A stretch of DNA of 64,000 bases from Eledone cirrhosa (lineage: Eukaryota), in NCBI GenBank assembly GCA_964016885.1, contig OZ024746.1, positions 93,496,001 through 93,560,000 of the forward strand, written 5' to 3'. Under the pieces are notes generated by a model. It was not told the DNA's origin. It did not search any database and worked only from the letters and a program-made list of their open reading frames with translations. A program made the translations under genes and the position numbers. Positions 50,869 to 63,345 of the stretch are shown here, one piece after another (positions within the stretch are counted from its first letter, which is position 1; each line of letters begins with the position of its first letter).

Positions 50869-51082
50869 GGTGGATTGGCAGAATCGGTAGAGCGTCGGAC
50901 CCCATGCTTTGCAGCATAGAGTTACGGCCCTTTACGTTCTGAGTTCACATCGCACTGAGGTTAGCTTTGCCTTTCATCCTTATGGGGTTGGTAAAATAAA
51001 GTACCAGTAATGTACTGGGGTCAATTTAATCGACTTTCCCCTCCCCTTCAAATTGCTGACCTTGTGCTTAAATCTGAAACAG
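50869..51082 (+). mobile_element. SINE family A variant
   Basis: Same head and body, longer 3' part. Confidence 0.8.
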
Positions 51083-51389
51083 TTATTTCCACAAGATGAT
51101 GAGGTATTGGGAACCTCTATGTGGTCCCTTTATCTGCTAAAAATAGCAGTTAAGTCTCCCTTAAATCCCACCTTGCTATCTTCAAAACGGGGGACATGTT
51201 GGGTAATATTGTTTTGGGTTTTCTTGATGTTGGAAAAAGGTGGGGTTGTCGTAATTGGAGTGGATTTGATCCTACGTCTGCTTGATCATGGTTGGCCTAA
51301 TATTACACAACAACACCAACAACATCAGCCACCATTAATAACACCAATACCCCACCATCCCTCCATCAGCAATAACAATGACGACAAAA

Positions 51390-51880
51390 CACCACCACCA
51401 CCACTTCCACCACCACCACCACCACCACCAACACCACCACCACTACCACCGCCACCACCACCACCACCACCACCACCACCACCACAATTACCACCACCAC
51501 TTCCACCACCACCACCACCACCAACACCACCACCACTACCACCGCCACCACCACTACCATCACTACCACCACCACTACCAACACCACCACCACCACCACC
51601 ACCACCACCACCACCACCACCACCACTGCCACCAAAAACTACCACCACTACCATCACTACCACCACCACTACCAACATCACCACCACGACCACCACCACA
51701 GTACCATCACCAACACCACCACCACCACTGCCACCAAAAACCACCACCACTACCATCACCACTACTAACATTACCACCACCACCACCACCACCACCACCA
51801 CTACCAACATCACCACCACCACCACCCCACTACAACCATTTCCACCACCACCAACAACAACAACAACACCAACAACAACA
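51390..51880. repeat. (ACC)n-rich array
   Basis: Direct inspection. Confidence 0.95.
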
Positions 51881-52037
51881 ATCCAACTTAGGAATCAAGT
51901 AGGATTTGTAATCAATTTTTCATTATTTTACTTTGGTGGGGTTTTCTCACCCCCACCCCCCTTTCCCTCGGCTCTCTTCATCTCTCTCTCTCTCTTTCTC
52001 TCACTTCCCTTCTCGCTCTACACTCCCTACCCACTAA

Positions 52038-52077
<40 letters not shown>

Positions 52078-52292
52078 GATCATAAGTGAGTGTTTAAATC
52101 ATTAGTCTTAGGTATGGCGAAATGATTAAGAAGTTCCTCAGTTAAGTTTTGTTAAGTAACACTTCATAGAAGTGTCTCCTACCACAGCCTTGGTGATCCA
52201 AGCATTAGCTATGAAATTTGCTAGACAGAAACGATGTGGAAGCCTGAACTATTCTTGAGATTCAAAAAGGCCAGCAGTATCACACTGTGGCA

Positions 52293-52710
52293 CATCATCA
52301 TCATCATTTTATGTCCGCTTTTCCCTGCTTGCCAGGGTGGGACAGGTCCTATTCAGCACAGCATCTCTCCACTTGTCACGGTCCTTCGTCATCTCCTCTG
52401 TGAGCTTCAGCGATCTGAGGTCTGCTTTCACCACCTCTGCCCATGTTTTTCATGGTCTACCTCTACTGCGTCTTCCTTCTACTGGGATTTCATGGCACTT
52501 CTTTACCCAACAGTCATCCTCCATGCGCATCACATGTTCATACCATCTTAGTCTTCTCTCCTGCACACCACAACTTATCCCTCTTATACCCAGTTTTTCT
52601 CTCAACTCATCTATGCTTGGTCGTTAATGCACATTGAAATTGCACATCCAACGGAGCATGGTTGCTTCATTTCTCTCCAGCCGTCGCATATCCTCTGCAG
52701 TTGCTGCCCA
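52293..52710 (-). pseudogene. RTE family A 3' fragment
   Basis: WAATAEDMRRLERNEATMLRWMC; high similarity to 49742-50160. Confidence 0.9.
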
Positions 52711-52794
52711 TCTCCCACTAATTCTTATTAAATGCACAGGTGTCTCTAGGTGTCCAGTGTGTATGCATGTGTGTATATATATATATATATATAA

Positions 52795-53250
52795 TGTCAG
52801 GTCGCTCTCAAGTGCAACTGATAACATGTAACCCAGTACAACCTGTCTCATGTGTGGGTTGTCGGCGAGTAAACCGGCAACCCTACCAAGCTAGCTTGGT
52901 GAAGAGGGTGATATTTGGACACCCTGCGGGATGAAATACAACACCCGGCAAAAGGCGGAGGAACTCAGCAGAGTCAATGGCCATCCAAATAGTATATTAA
53001 AAAATGTTTTTTTTTTTACCTGGGAGTGGAAGGCCCCCAGTTTTTCTCACAACACCTTTCTAAGAGAGGGAAACTCTGAAAAAAAACCTGCGCCTTTGGA
53101 AGTATCCGATGATGTTGACCAGTTCTCCTTTCCGGGTAGTGTTTTTGATGCTCAGAGAGTGGGATTGGTCGAGTGCAAGGCATTGCTTGTTCAGGATATG
53201 TTACAGGTTCGTGTGACTGGCCGTAGCCTAAAAGTGCACCAAACTCTATA
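52795..53250 (+). repeat. Dispersed repeat, possibly the 5' region of an RTE-related element (copies 63524-63960 and 1950-2150)
   Basis: Shared CCCAGTACAACCTGTCTCATG...GGCAACCC...TTTGGACA...GAGTCAATGGCCATCCAAA...GGAAACTCTGA...GATGTTGA...AGAGAGTGGGA.TGG. Confidence 0.65.
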
Positions 53251-53545
53251 ATCTGACAAGCAATTACAATACTCTTAGCAGAGTTTGCAGCCATCATGTA
53301 TATATACTTTGTGCTTAGGGTATTCGAATCCCAATCATGAGTTTGATTCCCTGTGGCAAGACACTATATTTCATGTTGCTTCATTTCACTCTGAATCTCC
53401 CTGAGAACTACATTAAGGGTACACATGTCTGTGGAATGCTCATCCACTTGCACGTTAATTTCATGAGCAGGCTGCTCCACTGACTGGATCAACTGGAACA
53501 CTCGTTGTATATGTATATTTGTATATGTACATATATATGTATATA

Positions 53546-53629
<84 letters not shown>

Positions 53630-53632
<3 letters not shown>

Positions 53633-54394
53633 TAGTTAAGCAAAACAAGACCACAAATTTCACAAGGAAGACATTATTAAAAGATTGTCAACATATTTAG
53701 TTTGATGCAAAGAATGTAGAGAATAATAATAATAATAATATTAATAATAATAATGCCCGTTTACAATTCTTTCGCTACTCCTTATAATATTTCAAGATCA
53801 GATGACTATGTATCATAATTGATCTGGTTCAGTTGAAAATAATTAACATATTTAAAAAAAACAGAGTGGCTCATCGGAACTCAAAGGAATATAAATTAAA
53901 ATAATGTTACATAATATAATGTTCCATATATTAGTTTTTACTATGGTGCCTTTGTTTCATCAGCTGTCAGCCATAATAAAGCAGTACTCATCTGCCTCAG
54001 TACTCAGATCTCACACAATGCAGCCTCGACAGATGAGTACTGCTTGATTATGGCTGACAGCTGATGAAACGAAGGCACCATAGTAAAAACTAATATATGG
54101 AACATTATATTATGTAACATTATTTTAATTTATATTCCTTTAAGTTCCGATGAGCCACTCTGTTTTTTTTAAATATGTTAATTATTTTCAACTGAACCAG
54201 ATCAATTATGATACATAGTCATCTGATCTTGAAATATTATAAGGAGTAGCGAAACAATTGTAAACGGGCATTATTATTATTAATATTATTATTATTATTA
54301 TTCTCTACATTCCTTACATCAAACTAAATATGTTGACAATCTTTTAATAATGTCTTCCTTGTGAAATTTGTGGTCTTGTTTTGCTTAACTAATG
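53630..54394. mobile_element. 765-bp near-perfect foldback element adjoining (TA)n
   Basis: Arms 53630-53994 and 54030-54394 (365 bp, about 6 mismatches seen), 35-nt spacer, no ORF. Confidence 0.9.
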
Positions 54395-54575
54395 AATATT
54401 TCCAGCTCTGCGCACCTAACTTCTGCATGAACCCAGCCACCTAGCTGCTTTCTACTGCATATTGCACATTGAGCACATGCCTTTACGCTTTGGCTTCTAA
54501 CTAACTCACCAATCTTTCCTCTCATATCTCCTCTACTATCTCAATCTCTCTCTTTAAGATTGGTTACTCTTGAAC

Positions 54576-54651
<76 letters not shown>

Positions 54652-54652
<1 letters not shown>

Positions 54653-55229
54653 TAGCCGAATTACCCGCGCCTTGCTGCGTTTCACACATTTTTTTGTAAG
54701 AAAATGATGATTGATTTTAAATCAGTGATATAATTTATGGAGAAAAACTCTGCATTTCAATATTACTCAATGTAAAATGTTATGCATGAAAAATTGGAAA
54801 ACATTATTTTTTGTAATATATCAAATCGAAATTACATTATTAAATCTTATTCTTATTTTGTTTCTTGTAATTAATTTTTTTCAAAATATCAATTCAAAAC
54901 TTGATCATTATTTTATTTGGGCTTCCAATATTTTCACTATAGGGGGTTTAACCCCATTAGGATGTCTTAATATTATTGAAATTTGCTGAAATTTTGTGAA
55001 TAGGTCATTTACCTATGGTTTAAATATCATATAAATCGAAAGGAAAAAGTTTCAGCAGGGGTTTGTGCCCCCGGAGAACCCTTTGATTAAAATGAAATAT
55101 ACTTATCCAAGTACCCTGGGCAATGTAGTTTCAGAATATATATAGTTAGGGGGAGTCTATCTCAAAAACCATAGCAGGAGTTTGTGAACAAACAAACAAA
55201 CAGACAGACAGGAGTAGAGTGTATTTAAT
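54652..55229 (-). mobile_element. Non-autonomous Helitron-like element
   Basis: On minus ends with a GC-rich hairpin-like segment then CTAG-T; (CTGT/TTGT)n near the other end. Confidence 0.55.
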
Positions 55230-55529
55230 AACAAAGTGGAGCTGTTGCATAATAGATTTATTGTTCAATCCTGGTTACAAATGTTTCAACAAACAGCTGG
55301 TTTCTGATCTGGATGATGCTCCAGACCAGATTCCAAAACGGTCTGATCCTCAGATAAGTGTTTTCTCAACATCTGATATAGGTTTTTGTTGTGATAACAC
55401 TGGTCTGAGGATCAGGCTGTTTTGGAATCTGCTCTGGAAGCATCAATCTGGATCATGAGCCGGCTGTTTGTGAAACATTTGTAACCAGGATCGAACAATA
55501 AATCTCTTATGTAACACCTCCACTTTGTT
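55230..55529. mobile_element. Diverged foldback element with a hammerhead motif in each arm
   Basis: ~142-bp arms (AACAAAGTGGAG... / ...CTCCACTTTGTT), short spacer 55372-55386. Confidence 0.8.
55400..55488 (+). ncRNA. Type I hammerhead-like ribozyme with ~60-nt stem II
   Basis: CTGGT-CTGAGGA-[long hairpin]-GAAA-CATTTG-TA-ACCAG; the twin on minus (55271-55358) has a better stem II (TCTGGTCTGGA/TCCAGATCAGA) but a broken stem I. Confidence 0.65.
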
Positions 55530-55711
55530 CTTGTTATATATGTTTATATGTATATATACATATATATAAATCTTATTTCTTTTCTATTATAAGTTGAGCC
55601 AACTTATGCAGCTTCATATGCAAATGAGATTAATCACCTCATTTACACAGACGTAAAACTATATATTCTCGGCTGTTTTCAAGTCCAGCAGTTGCAAGTG
55701 TGGGAGGGATC

Positions 55712-55749
55712 GTCCTGACGATGGCCAATCAGGCCTGAAATGCAAAGAC
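55712..55749 (+). ncRNA. Degenerate minimal hammerhead motif
   Basis: GTC-CTGACGA-tGGCCaatcaGGCCt-GAAA-TGCA-AA-GAC; conserved U16.1 replaced by A. Confidence 0.5.
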
Positions 55750-55793
55750 AGTTGTCCCCCTAACTTCTGCTGGACAATACCAGAGGGCGTTAG

Positions 55794-55828
<35 letters not shown>

Positions 55829-55900
55829 TTCGCATAGCCACGGCTTCCTAAAATCGTATTTCTTTCGAAATACGAAATTTATATATATATATATATATAT

Positions 55901-55997
<97 letters not shown>

Positions 55998-56003
55998 TAT
56001 TGG

Positions 56004-56074
56004 GTCGTCAAGTATTAAATTTGTAGAAATTTGAAAAAAGAAAACAAATTTCTACAAATTTCATACTTGACGAC
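56004..56074. repeat. 30-bp inverted repeat hairpin beside (TA)n
   Basis: GTCGTCAAGTATTAAATTTGTAGAAATTTG / CAAATTTCTACAAATTTCATACTTGACGAC. Confidence 0.9.
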
Positions 56075-56087
56075 ATTATATATATGA

Positions 56088-56271
56088 ATTGGCAGTATCG
56101 GTAGAGGATCGGACGCCATGCTTTGACGCATAGAGTTACGGCCCTTGCCATTCTGAGTTCAAATCCCGCCGAGGTTAACTTTGCCTTTCATCCTTACGGG
56201 GTCGATAAAATAAAGTACCAGTAATGCACTGGGTAATTGCTGGCCTTGTGCCAAAAGTAGAAACAATTATT
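56088..56271 (+). mobile_element. SINE family A
   Basis: High identity to other family A copies. Confidence 0.85.
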
Positions 56272-56515
56272 GCTATATATATATACAAATGGAAGTACAG
56301 CATATTCGAAGCTTGAGCCGCAGCTAAGCCAACGAATGCCTTCAGCAGTGCAGCCAAGCACTCGACAAGGTATAGACCTCAGAGTAATAACGTAGAGTTT
56401 AAAGGGCTTTGCAAATTGAAGTCGGCGACCGGTAATTCAGCCGGGGTCTGAAGCAACGAAAGAACTAACTCGTGAGCAAAAATACATACACATATACATA
56501 TATATATATATATAC

Positions 56516-56547
<32 letters not shown>

Positions 56548-56859
56548 ATTTAAATTTAATTCTTATATTTTATCTTTACTGCCTTCAGTCAATGAACTAT
56601 AGAGAAGCTGGATACCAGCTTATAAGGATACAATCACTTGCAGTGACCTTTTCCCCATAACATATCTTATTGACTGGCAGTTATATTGATCTCAGATTGA
56701 TAAAAAGCTCATAGCACATCTGAGAGGGACCTGATCTCAGAATGTAAAGATGTATAACTAAATTCAACAAAGGGTTTTGACCAGCACACTACTGATTTTG
56801 CTATACATCCACATATATCTTGTGTGTTTCTGGGAGAATACGGTTTTTGGTTTGTAAAA

Positions 56860-57664
56860 CAGAGTTTCTCAAACTGGGTACTACCCCCCGGAGGGATGGG
56901 GAGGTGCTGAGAAGGTCCAGGGGTCGTTGGGGCCTAAGAGGAAGGGGTGGTGGTAGAGATGATATATATTAAATATCAAATGATACATATTATGTATAAA
57001 TATAGTAAAATAAAAAAATATATAATATTTATTTATACATAGTATATATTATATTATTTACTAGCAGTGGTACCCGACGTTGCACAGGATAAGGTATTTT
57101 GGAATGCGGGCCGCCAGCAGACCTAATCGTGGAAAAACTGTATGCCTGGACAATATGTAAAGAAAATAAACCGAATACTCTGATGGCTGGATAATTTTAA
57201 AGATTTTCCTTGATGAAGCAGGAAAAATGCAGGTTTTCACCTAATGCGGGCCCGAGGGGATCAAGAAAATGAATTTTTTAATGTGCATAATATGCCTTGA
57301 AATTTCTGGAAAAGCGGCTAGACGTAACGCCTCAAAAAACCCCTAAAAAGCTGAAAAAACGCAGTTTTTCACCTAATAGGGGATCAAAAAGTTGAATTTT
57401 TTTATGTGCATAACACTCCCTGAAACATAAGTAATACACCTGTAAAGTTGGGTACTTCTCGAGTTTTAGGGATTAAAACACACAGACACACACAGACAGA
57501 CATCCTCAGTTTTATATATATAGATTTTATATAAATTAACGATTTTATTTATCCTATATTATTTCCGATTTGTGTATTGGTAGGTCTCTCTGGAAATAGA
57601 GTTGGGGGGTACTGAGGGTATTATGTGGCCATGAGTGGGTTGGCAAAATGTTTGAGAACCTTTG
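56860..57664. mobile_element. hAT MITE hosting a Helitron-like insertion
   Basis: CAGAGTTTCTCAAAC / GTTTGAGAACCTTTG; TSD TTGTAAAA / GTGTAAAA. Confidence 0.75.
57061..57524 (-). mobile_element. Non-autonomous Helitron (Lep1-like architecture)
   Basis: Minus: A|TCTATATATATAAAA...(CTGT)n...CCTGTGCAACGTCGGG...CTAG|T; no TSD. Confidence 0.75.
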
Positions 57665-58393
57665 GTGTAAAACATGAGGTCCTTTTTGAGGTAATATTTT
57701 ATGGCCAAGTTGCCTTCCTAGCATTAACTCTTTTAGTCACCATTTATAACATGCTGAGATATGGTATATCTATTTTAAATTGGATAAACAAGGTTGAGTC
57801 ATGTAGAGGAAGGATGAAAGTAACAGAGTGAGAGAAATGAGAGAAATGAATGGGGAAGGAAATGACTAAAAATGAAGAAAAATGAAATTAAAGCTTGTAG
57901 CGGGGGACATGCAGCCAGTAGCACAACATAGAGAAACATATCGTATGGGATAGGTAGGGGTGGAGGAGCTACAAGGTTATCCCCTGCTTTAATAGGAAAG
58001 GTGGTTTTAAAACACTTGTGGTTGTTGTTGTTGTTGTTTCAATGTGTAAAACACAACAATTCGAGACTAGGGAATTAAAAACCACAACAAACAATAAAAC
58101 AACTTAAAGGGCAAATAAAAATATAATCACCAACAATAACAAAAATAACAGCAACACCAACCACCACCATTACCACCACTAACCACTGCTTTCAACTAGG
58201 TTAAACCGCTTATAGGGGTGGTTGATTGAGTGGTGTATACAAAGGAAACCTGCTTCCATTCCTTGGAGCACATTGCATATTGATTAAGTTTCATGGAGTA
58301 GTAATAAAAAATAATACTATCTAACTATATATATATACACATATACATTTTACATACATACATACACACACAAACACACATATATATATATAT

Positions 58394-58718
58394 GAAGGCG
58401 CATGGCTTAGTGGTTAGAGCATTGGGCTTGCAATTGAAAGGTTGTGAGTTCAATTCTCAGACCGGGTGATGTGTTGTTTCCTTGAGCAAGACACTTTATT
58501 TCACATTGCTCCAGTTTACTCAGCTGTAGAAATGAGATGATAGGGACTGGGGGTCCCTATCATTCCACTGCAAAGTGGTCGTGGAGGTGCCACGGCAATA
58601 AAAGCACCCAGCAAATGAGGTTGGTGTTAGGAAGGGCATCCAGCTGTAGAAATCAAGCCAGAATCAGTTCCTGTCCCACCCTAGCAAGCAGAGAAAAGCG
58701 GGCGTAAAATGATGATGA
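58394..58718 (+). mobile_element. CORE-type SINE family B, full length
   Basis: Collinear with 43887-44212. Confidence 0.9.
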
Positions 58719-58786
58719 TATATGATAAGGATTCGGGACATCGACAGCTGAGTTCCTGCCATGTCAACAGCTATATATATATATAT

Positions 58787-59059
58787 AATATATTAACAAA
58801 TGGAAAGTATATTTATAAAACCATATTTATTTCATTATACATATTTCAAGGACACCAAAGCAAATTATGGTGCGCTTTCATCAGATATATATAGATCAGT
58901 TTTATAAAACTGATCTATAATATAGATCAGTTTTATAAAACGGATCTATATTATATTTTATCTGATGAAAGCGCACCATAATTTGCTTTGCTGTCCTTGA
59001 AATATGTATAATGAAATAAATATGGTTTTATAAATATAGTTTCCATTTGTTAATATATT
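58787..59059. mobile_element. Foldback element with hammerhead motifs in both arms and a doubly palindromic spacer
   Basis: ~100-bp arms; spacer = two copies of palindrome TATAGATCAGTTTTATAAAACTGATCTATA (58890-58919, 58921-58950). Confidence 0.85.
58954..59018 (+). ncRNA. Type I hammerhead ribozyme (right arm)
   Basis: TATTTTAT-CTGATGA-[30-nt hairpin]-GAAA-TATGTA-TA-ATGAAATA; twin on minus at 58828-58887 has a shortened stem I. Confidence 0.7.
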
Positions 59060-59149
59060 GTATTTTTACTTCAAAAATTTGTTGAGTGCTTTATATCAGT
59101 TATAAAAAATATTTGCTTGTTGTATCCCAACAAATTAAATATAACTTCT

Positions 59150-59235
<86 letters not shown>

Positions 59236-59327
59236 CTGTTGACATGGCAGGAACTCAGTCGGTGTCCTGAATACATAATTCTATACATACATATATACAT
59301 GTATACATACATACATGTATACATGTA

Positions 59328-59447
59328 TACATACTCAGACACACAGGTATAGGTGCATGTGAGTGTGCAGACACTTATATACATATATATATATATAAGA
59401 GTCTGCGCACTCACATGCACCTACACCTGTGTGTCTTTGAGTATGTA
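59328..59447. repeat. Inverted repeat element centred on (TA)n
   Basis: CATACTCAGACACACAGGTATAGGTGCATGTGAGTGTGCAGAC / GTCTGCGCACTCACATGCACCTACACCTGTGTGTCTTTGAGTATG. Confidence 0.85.
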
Positions 59448-59459
59448 TGTATGTATGTT

Positions 59460-60031
59460 ATCTCTTTCTCTTAATTTTGAGTATATTTTTTTGACCGGCC
59501 AACTTCCTGGTGGCAAGGTTGTAAAAGAAAAGAAATTGTCATCCCTTGAATCGCAAGAATGTTTTGCAAATTTTGAAGGTGCCAGCTATCGCAGCCATTT
59601 GTAGACTATGAATTAGGGAGCTGCGCTCTTTGTCCTCAAATCCAAGTTCAGTCATACTTTGGTCCAAACGGGTTAGTATATAACCCGTAGCTCCAATAAT
59701 GATAGGTATGAAGCTAAAGGTGTATCTTGGATACTGGATTTTTAAACTCCTCATCAATGGTCCGTAGATGTCCTCCTTCTCCTGTATTTTTCTGACAACG
59801 TTTACACCAAGTGGGCAGCTGATCTCCACAACAGAACACGTTTTCAATGTGTGGTCCCAAACAACAATATCAGGCCGGTTGTGCTTTAATTTGGTGGCAG
59901 TTTTTATTTTCAGGTTCCACCAATATTCCTTGGTGCCATCTGTCTCAATATATTCTTCCTCATTTGTTGTTAATTTTGTTTTCCGAAGTGCGTTCCAGAT
60001 GGTTCTAGCTATCCCATCGTGTCTCATGGGG
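59460..60031 (-). pseudogene. R4/Dong-clade non-LTR retrotransposon, 5'-truncated, restriction-like endonuclease domain and 3' UTR
   Basis: RHDGIAR...HNRPDIVVWD...VEISCP...EKEDIY..L...IPIIIGATG; open frame 59539-60027; flanked by (TATG)n on both sides. Confidence 0.85.
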
Positions 60032-60429
60032 TATGTATGTATAGAATTATGTATGTGTAACTGTAGATAGAATTATATATATGGATTTATGTGCAGAAAT
60101 AAACATATATTATATAAATATGTGTGTATGTATGTGTCTGAGAGAAATATATATTGATGTGTATATATATATACATATATGTATGTATATGTGTATATAT
60201 ATATATATATACATGAGAGAAATATATATTGATGTGTATGTATATATATATATGTGTATGTATGTGTGTATATATGTATATATATGTATTTATATTGTAT
60301 CTTTATATATATATATAGAGAGAGAGAGAAAATTGAGGTTGGTAATGGCACATGGAATATATAAGAGACAGAATACTTTTTTGTGAAAAAACATATAATT
60401 TTATAAGGTAAGGAAATAATGAAGGGTAT

Positions 60430-60621
60430 AATATATATATATACACATATACATATATATAATATATGTATATGTGTATATATATATATATGTATATGTG
60501 TATATATATATATATGTATGTATATGTATATATATATGTATGTATATGTATATATATGTATATATATATATGTGTGTATATATATATATGTATGTATATG
60601 TGTATATATATATATGTATGT

Positions 60622-60681
<60 letters not shown>

Positions 60682-60742
60682 GTGTATACATATATATATA
60701 TATATAAGTATATGTGTATATATATATATATGTATGTATATG

Positions 60743-60773
<31 letters not shown>

Positions 60774-61044
60774 ATATATATATATGTATGTATATGTATA
60801 TATATATATGTATGTATATATATATATATATGTATGTATATATATATATATGTATGTATATGTATATATATATATATGTATGTATATGTATATATATATA
60901 TGTATGTATATGTATATATATATATATGTATGTATGTATATATATATATATGTATGTATATGTATATATATATATATGTATGTATATGTATATATATATA
61001 TATGTATGTATATGTATGTATATGTATATATATATATATGTATG

Positions 61045-61083
<39 letters not shown>

Positions 61084-61275
61084 ATGTATGTGTATGTATA
61101 TATATATATATGTATGTGTATGTATATATATATATATGTATGTATATGTATATATATATATGTATGTATATGTATATATATATGTATGTGTATATATATA
61201 TATATATGTATGTATGTATATGTATATATATATGTATGTATATGTATATATATATGTGTGTATATGTATATATGT

Positions 61276-61311
<36 letters not shown>

Positions 61312-61332
61312 GTATATATATATATATATATC

Positions 61333-61363
<31 letters not shown>

Positions 61364-61580
61364 GTATGTATATGTATATATATATATATGTATGTATATG
61401 TATATATATATATATGTATGTATATGTATATATATATATATATATGTATGTATATGTATATATATATATGTATGTATGTATATGTATATGTATGTATGTA
61501 TATGTATATATATATTTGTATGTATGTATATGTGTATATATATATGTATGTATGTATATGTATATATATATATATATATA
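60430..61580. repeat. 1.15-kb (TA)/(TATG) microsatellite
   Basis: Direct inspection. Confidence 0.95.
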
Positions 61581-63119
61581 TTAGTAAAAGGAAAAGAAAA
61601 TGCTGACAAATTTTTCCCAGTGAAAAATAGTTTGATTCGGAATAAGTATAAAGTAGTAATAAGTTTTAAGTTTTTACCGGTTGCGCATTTCTAATGCTTT
61701 TCAAAAATAATTTTGAGATAGAGCGCTCGTGATGTTTACTCTAATCTGATCAGTTTTGGAAATTCTTCCTGTTTTATGGAATTTAAAGATAATGCTACCC
61801 ACACCCAGCGCATCAGCAAGGAATCTCACTTTATTAACAAATACAGACCCCGTCTAAACACTTCTCCCTAAGACGAAACCACAAAATACACACGTCAACA
61901 TACATCAGCATACATCTTACATACATTTCTATCCACATATAAACACAATGACATACGTAACCACACATGTTCTATGGTGCAGCACAAATATACACAAATT
62001 TGCATACCTTTTGATGTCTATAGATATAAACGTGCCGACACACAAACACACATATACGCACACATGCATTGCACACTGATGGGCACACACATATTTGTAC
62101 ACAAGTATTCCCATACGGCAGGGCCTAATTGATTCCCCTTGCAGTACGTACAATCTGGACACTCACACACACCTTGGTGTTATGACAATACTATATATCA
62201 TTTCACCCCTTTTATTATTAATGTTTTTGATGTTCTTTTGAGAGAATCGTATTTGCAAATTACTGACAATATCGAATAATGTACACCATTTTTACCAGTA
62301 TCACAAAAATACTGGGCCATCCACACACACATACACTAACATACAAACAGACATACACACACACACACTTCTCCGTATAAGACAAGAGCTGATATCTTTC
62401 AACATGTTAAAATATCCCCCACTCACGTATACACACATTCCTACTGACAGAATTTATTTCCTCTACCACAACCACTCTGCTACACACACACACACACACA
62501 CATTTGTCTCAATAGACACCTGAACTGTTGACCTTTCAACATGACTGCAATTCACACACACATCCCTACTGACCATTATCACATCAATGAACCTCTTCAC
62601 TACACACACACACACACACACACACATCCCTACTGACCATTATCACATCAATGAACCTCTTCACTACACACACACACACACACACACATATTTGTCTTAA
62701 TAAACTTATATTTCAGTGACTTCTCAATCAGGCGAAAGGGGACACTCTTCGACAAACCTACATTTGGCGCAAAATCAATTTTTAACATTCACGTGACCTC
62801 TACCGACCAATCAAAATTGTTTTGACTACAAGAATTGACGCGAATGTTATAGTACTCATTCACGTGACATTCAACAACCAACCAAATCTTAATACCTCTG
62901 GAGCCACTTTTTTCACATAAAACAGGAAGAATTTCCAAAACTGATCAGATTAGAGCAAACATCAAGGGCGCTCTATCTCAGAATTATTTTTGAAAAGCAT
63001 TAGAAATGCGCAACCGGTAAAAACTTAAAACTAAAACTGAATACTAACCAATACTTATTCCTAATTAAACTATTTTTCACTGGGAAAAATTTGTCAGCAT
63101 TTTCTTTTCCTTTTACTAA
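61581..63119. mobile_element. 1.5-kb non-autonomous element with ~200-bp terminal inverted repeats, in TA context
   Basis: TIRs 61581-61778 and 62916-63119 (TTAGTAAAAGGAAAAGAAAATGCTGACAAA...); no credible ORF; internal ~64-bp duplication near 62560-62690. Confidence 0.8.
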
Positions 63120-63218
63120 TATATCACAACTCGTGTATTACACCTCTATTTTTTAAAATATATGTATGTATATGTGTATATATATAGATATGTATACGTG
63201 TATGTATATATATATGTA

Positions 63219-63259
<41 letters not shown>

Positions 63260-63313
63260 ATGTATATATATATGTATGTATATGTATATATATATGTATG
63301 TATATGTATATAT

Positions 63314-63345
<32 letters not shown>

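Noticed and set aside
54030-54085. Functional hammerhead in the 765-bp foldback
   Set aside because: CAGATGA or CTGATGA cannot be combined with a GAAA, stem III, UH and stem I in the right order
58394-58465. tRNA-like sequences (also 11030-11096, 16790-16863, 43887-43950)
   Set aside because: They are SINE heads continuing into CORE bodies; acceptor and anticodon stems are imperfect
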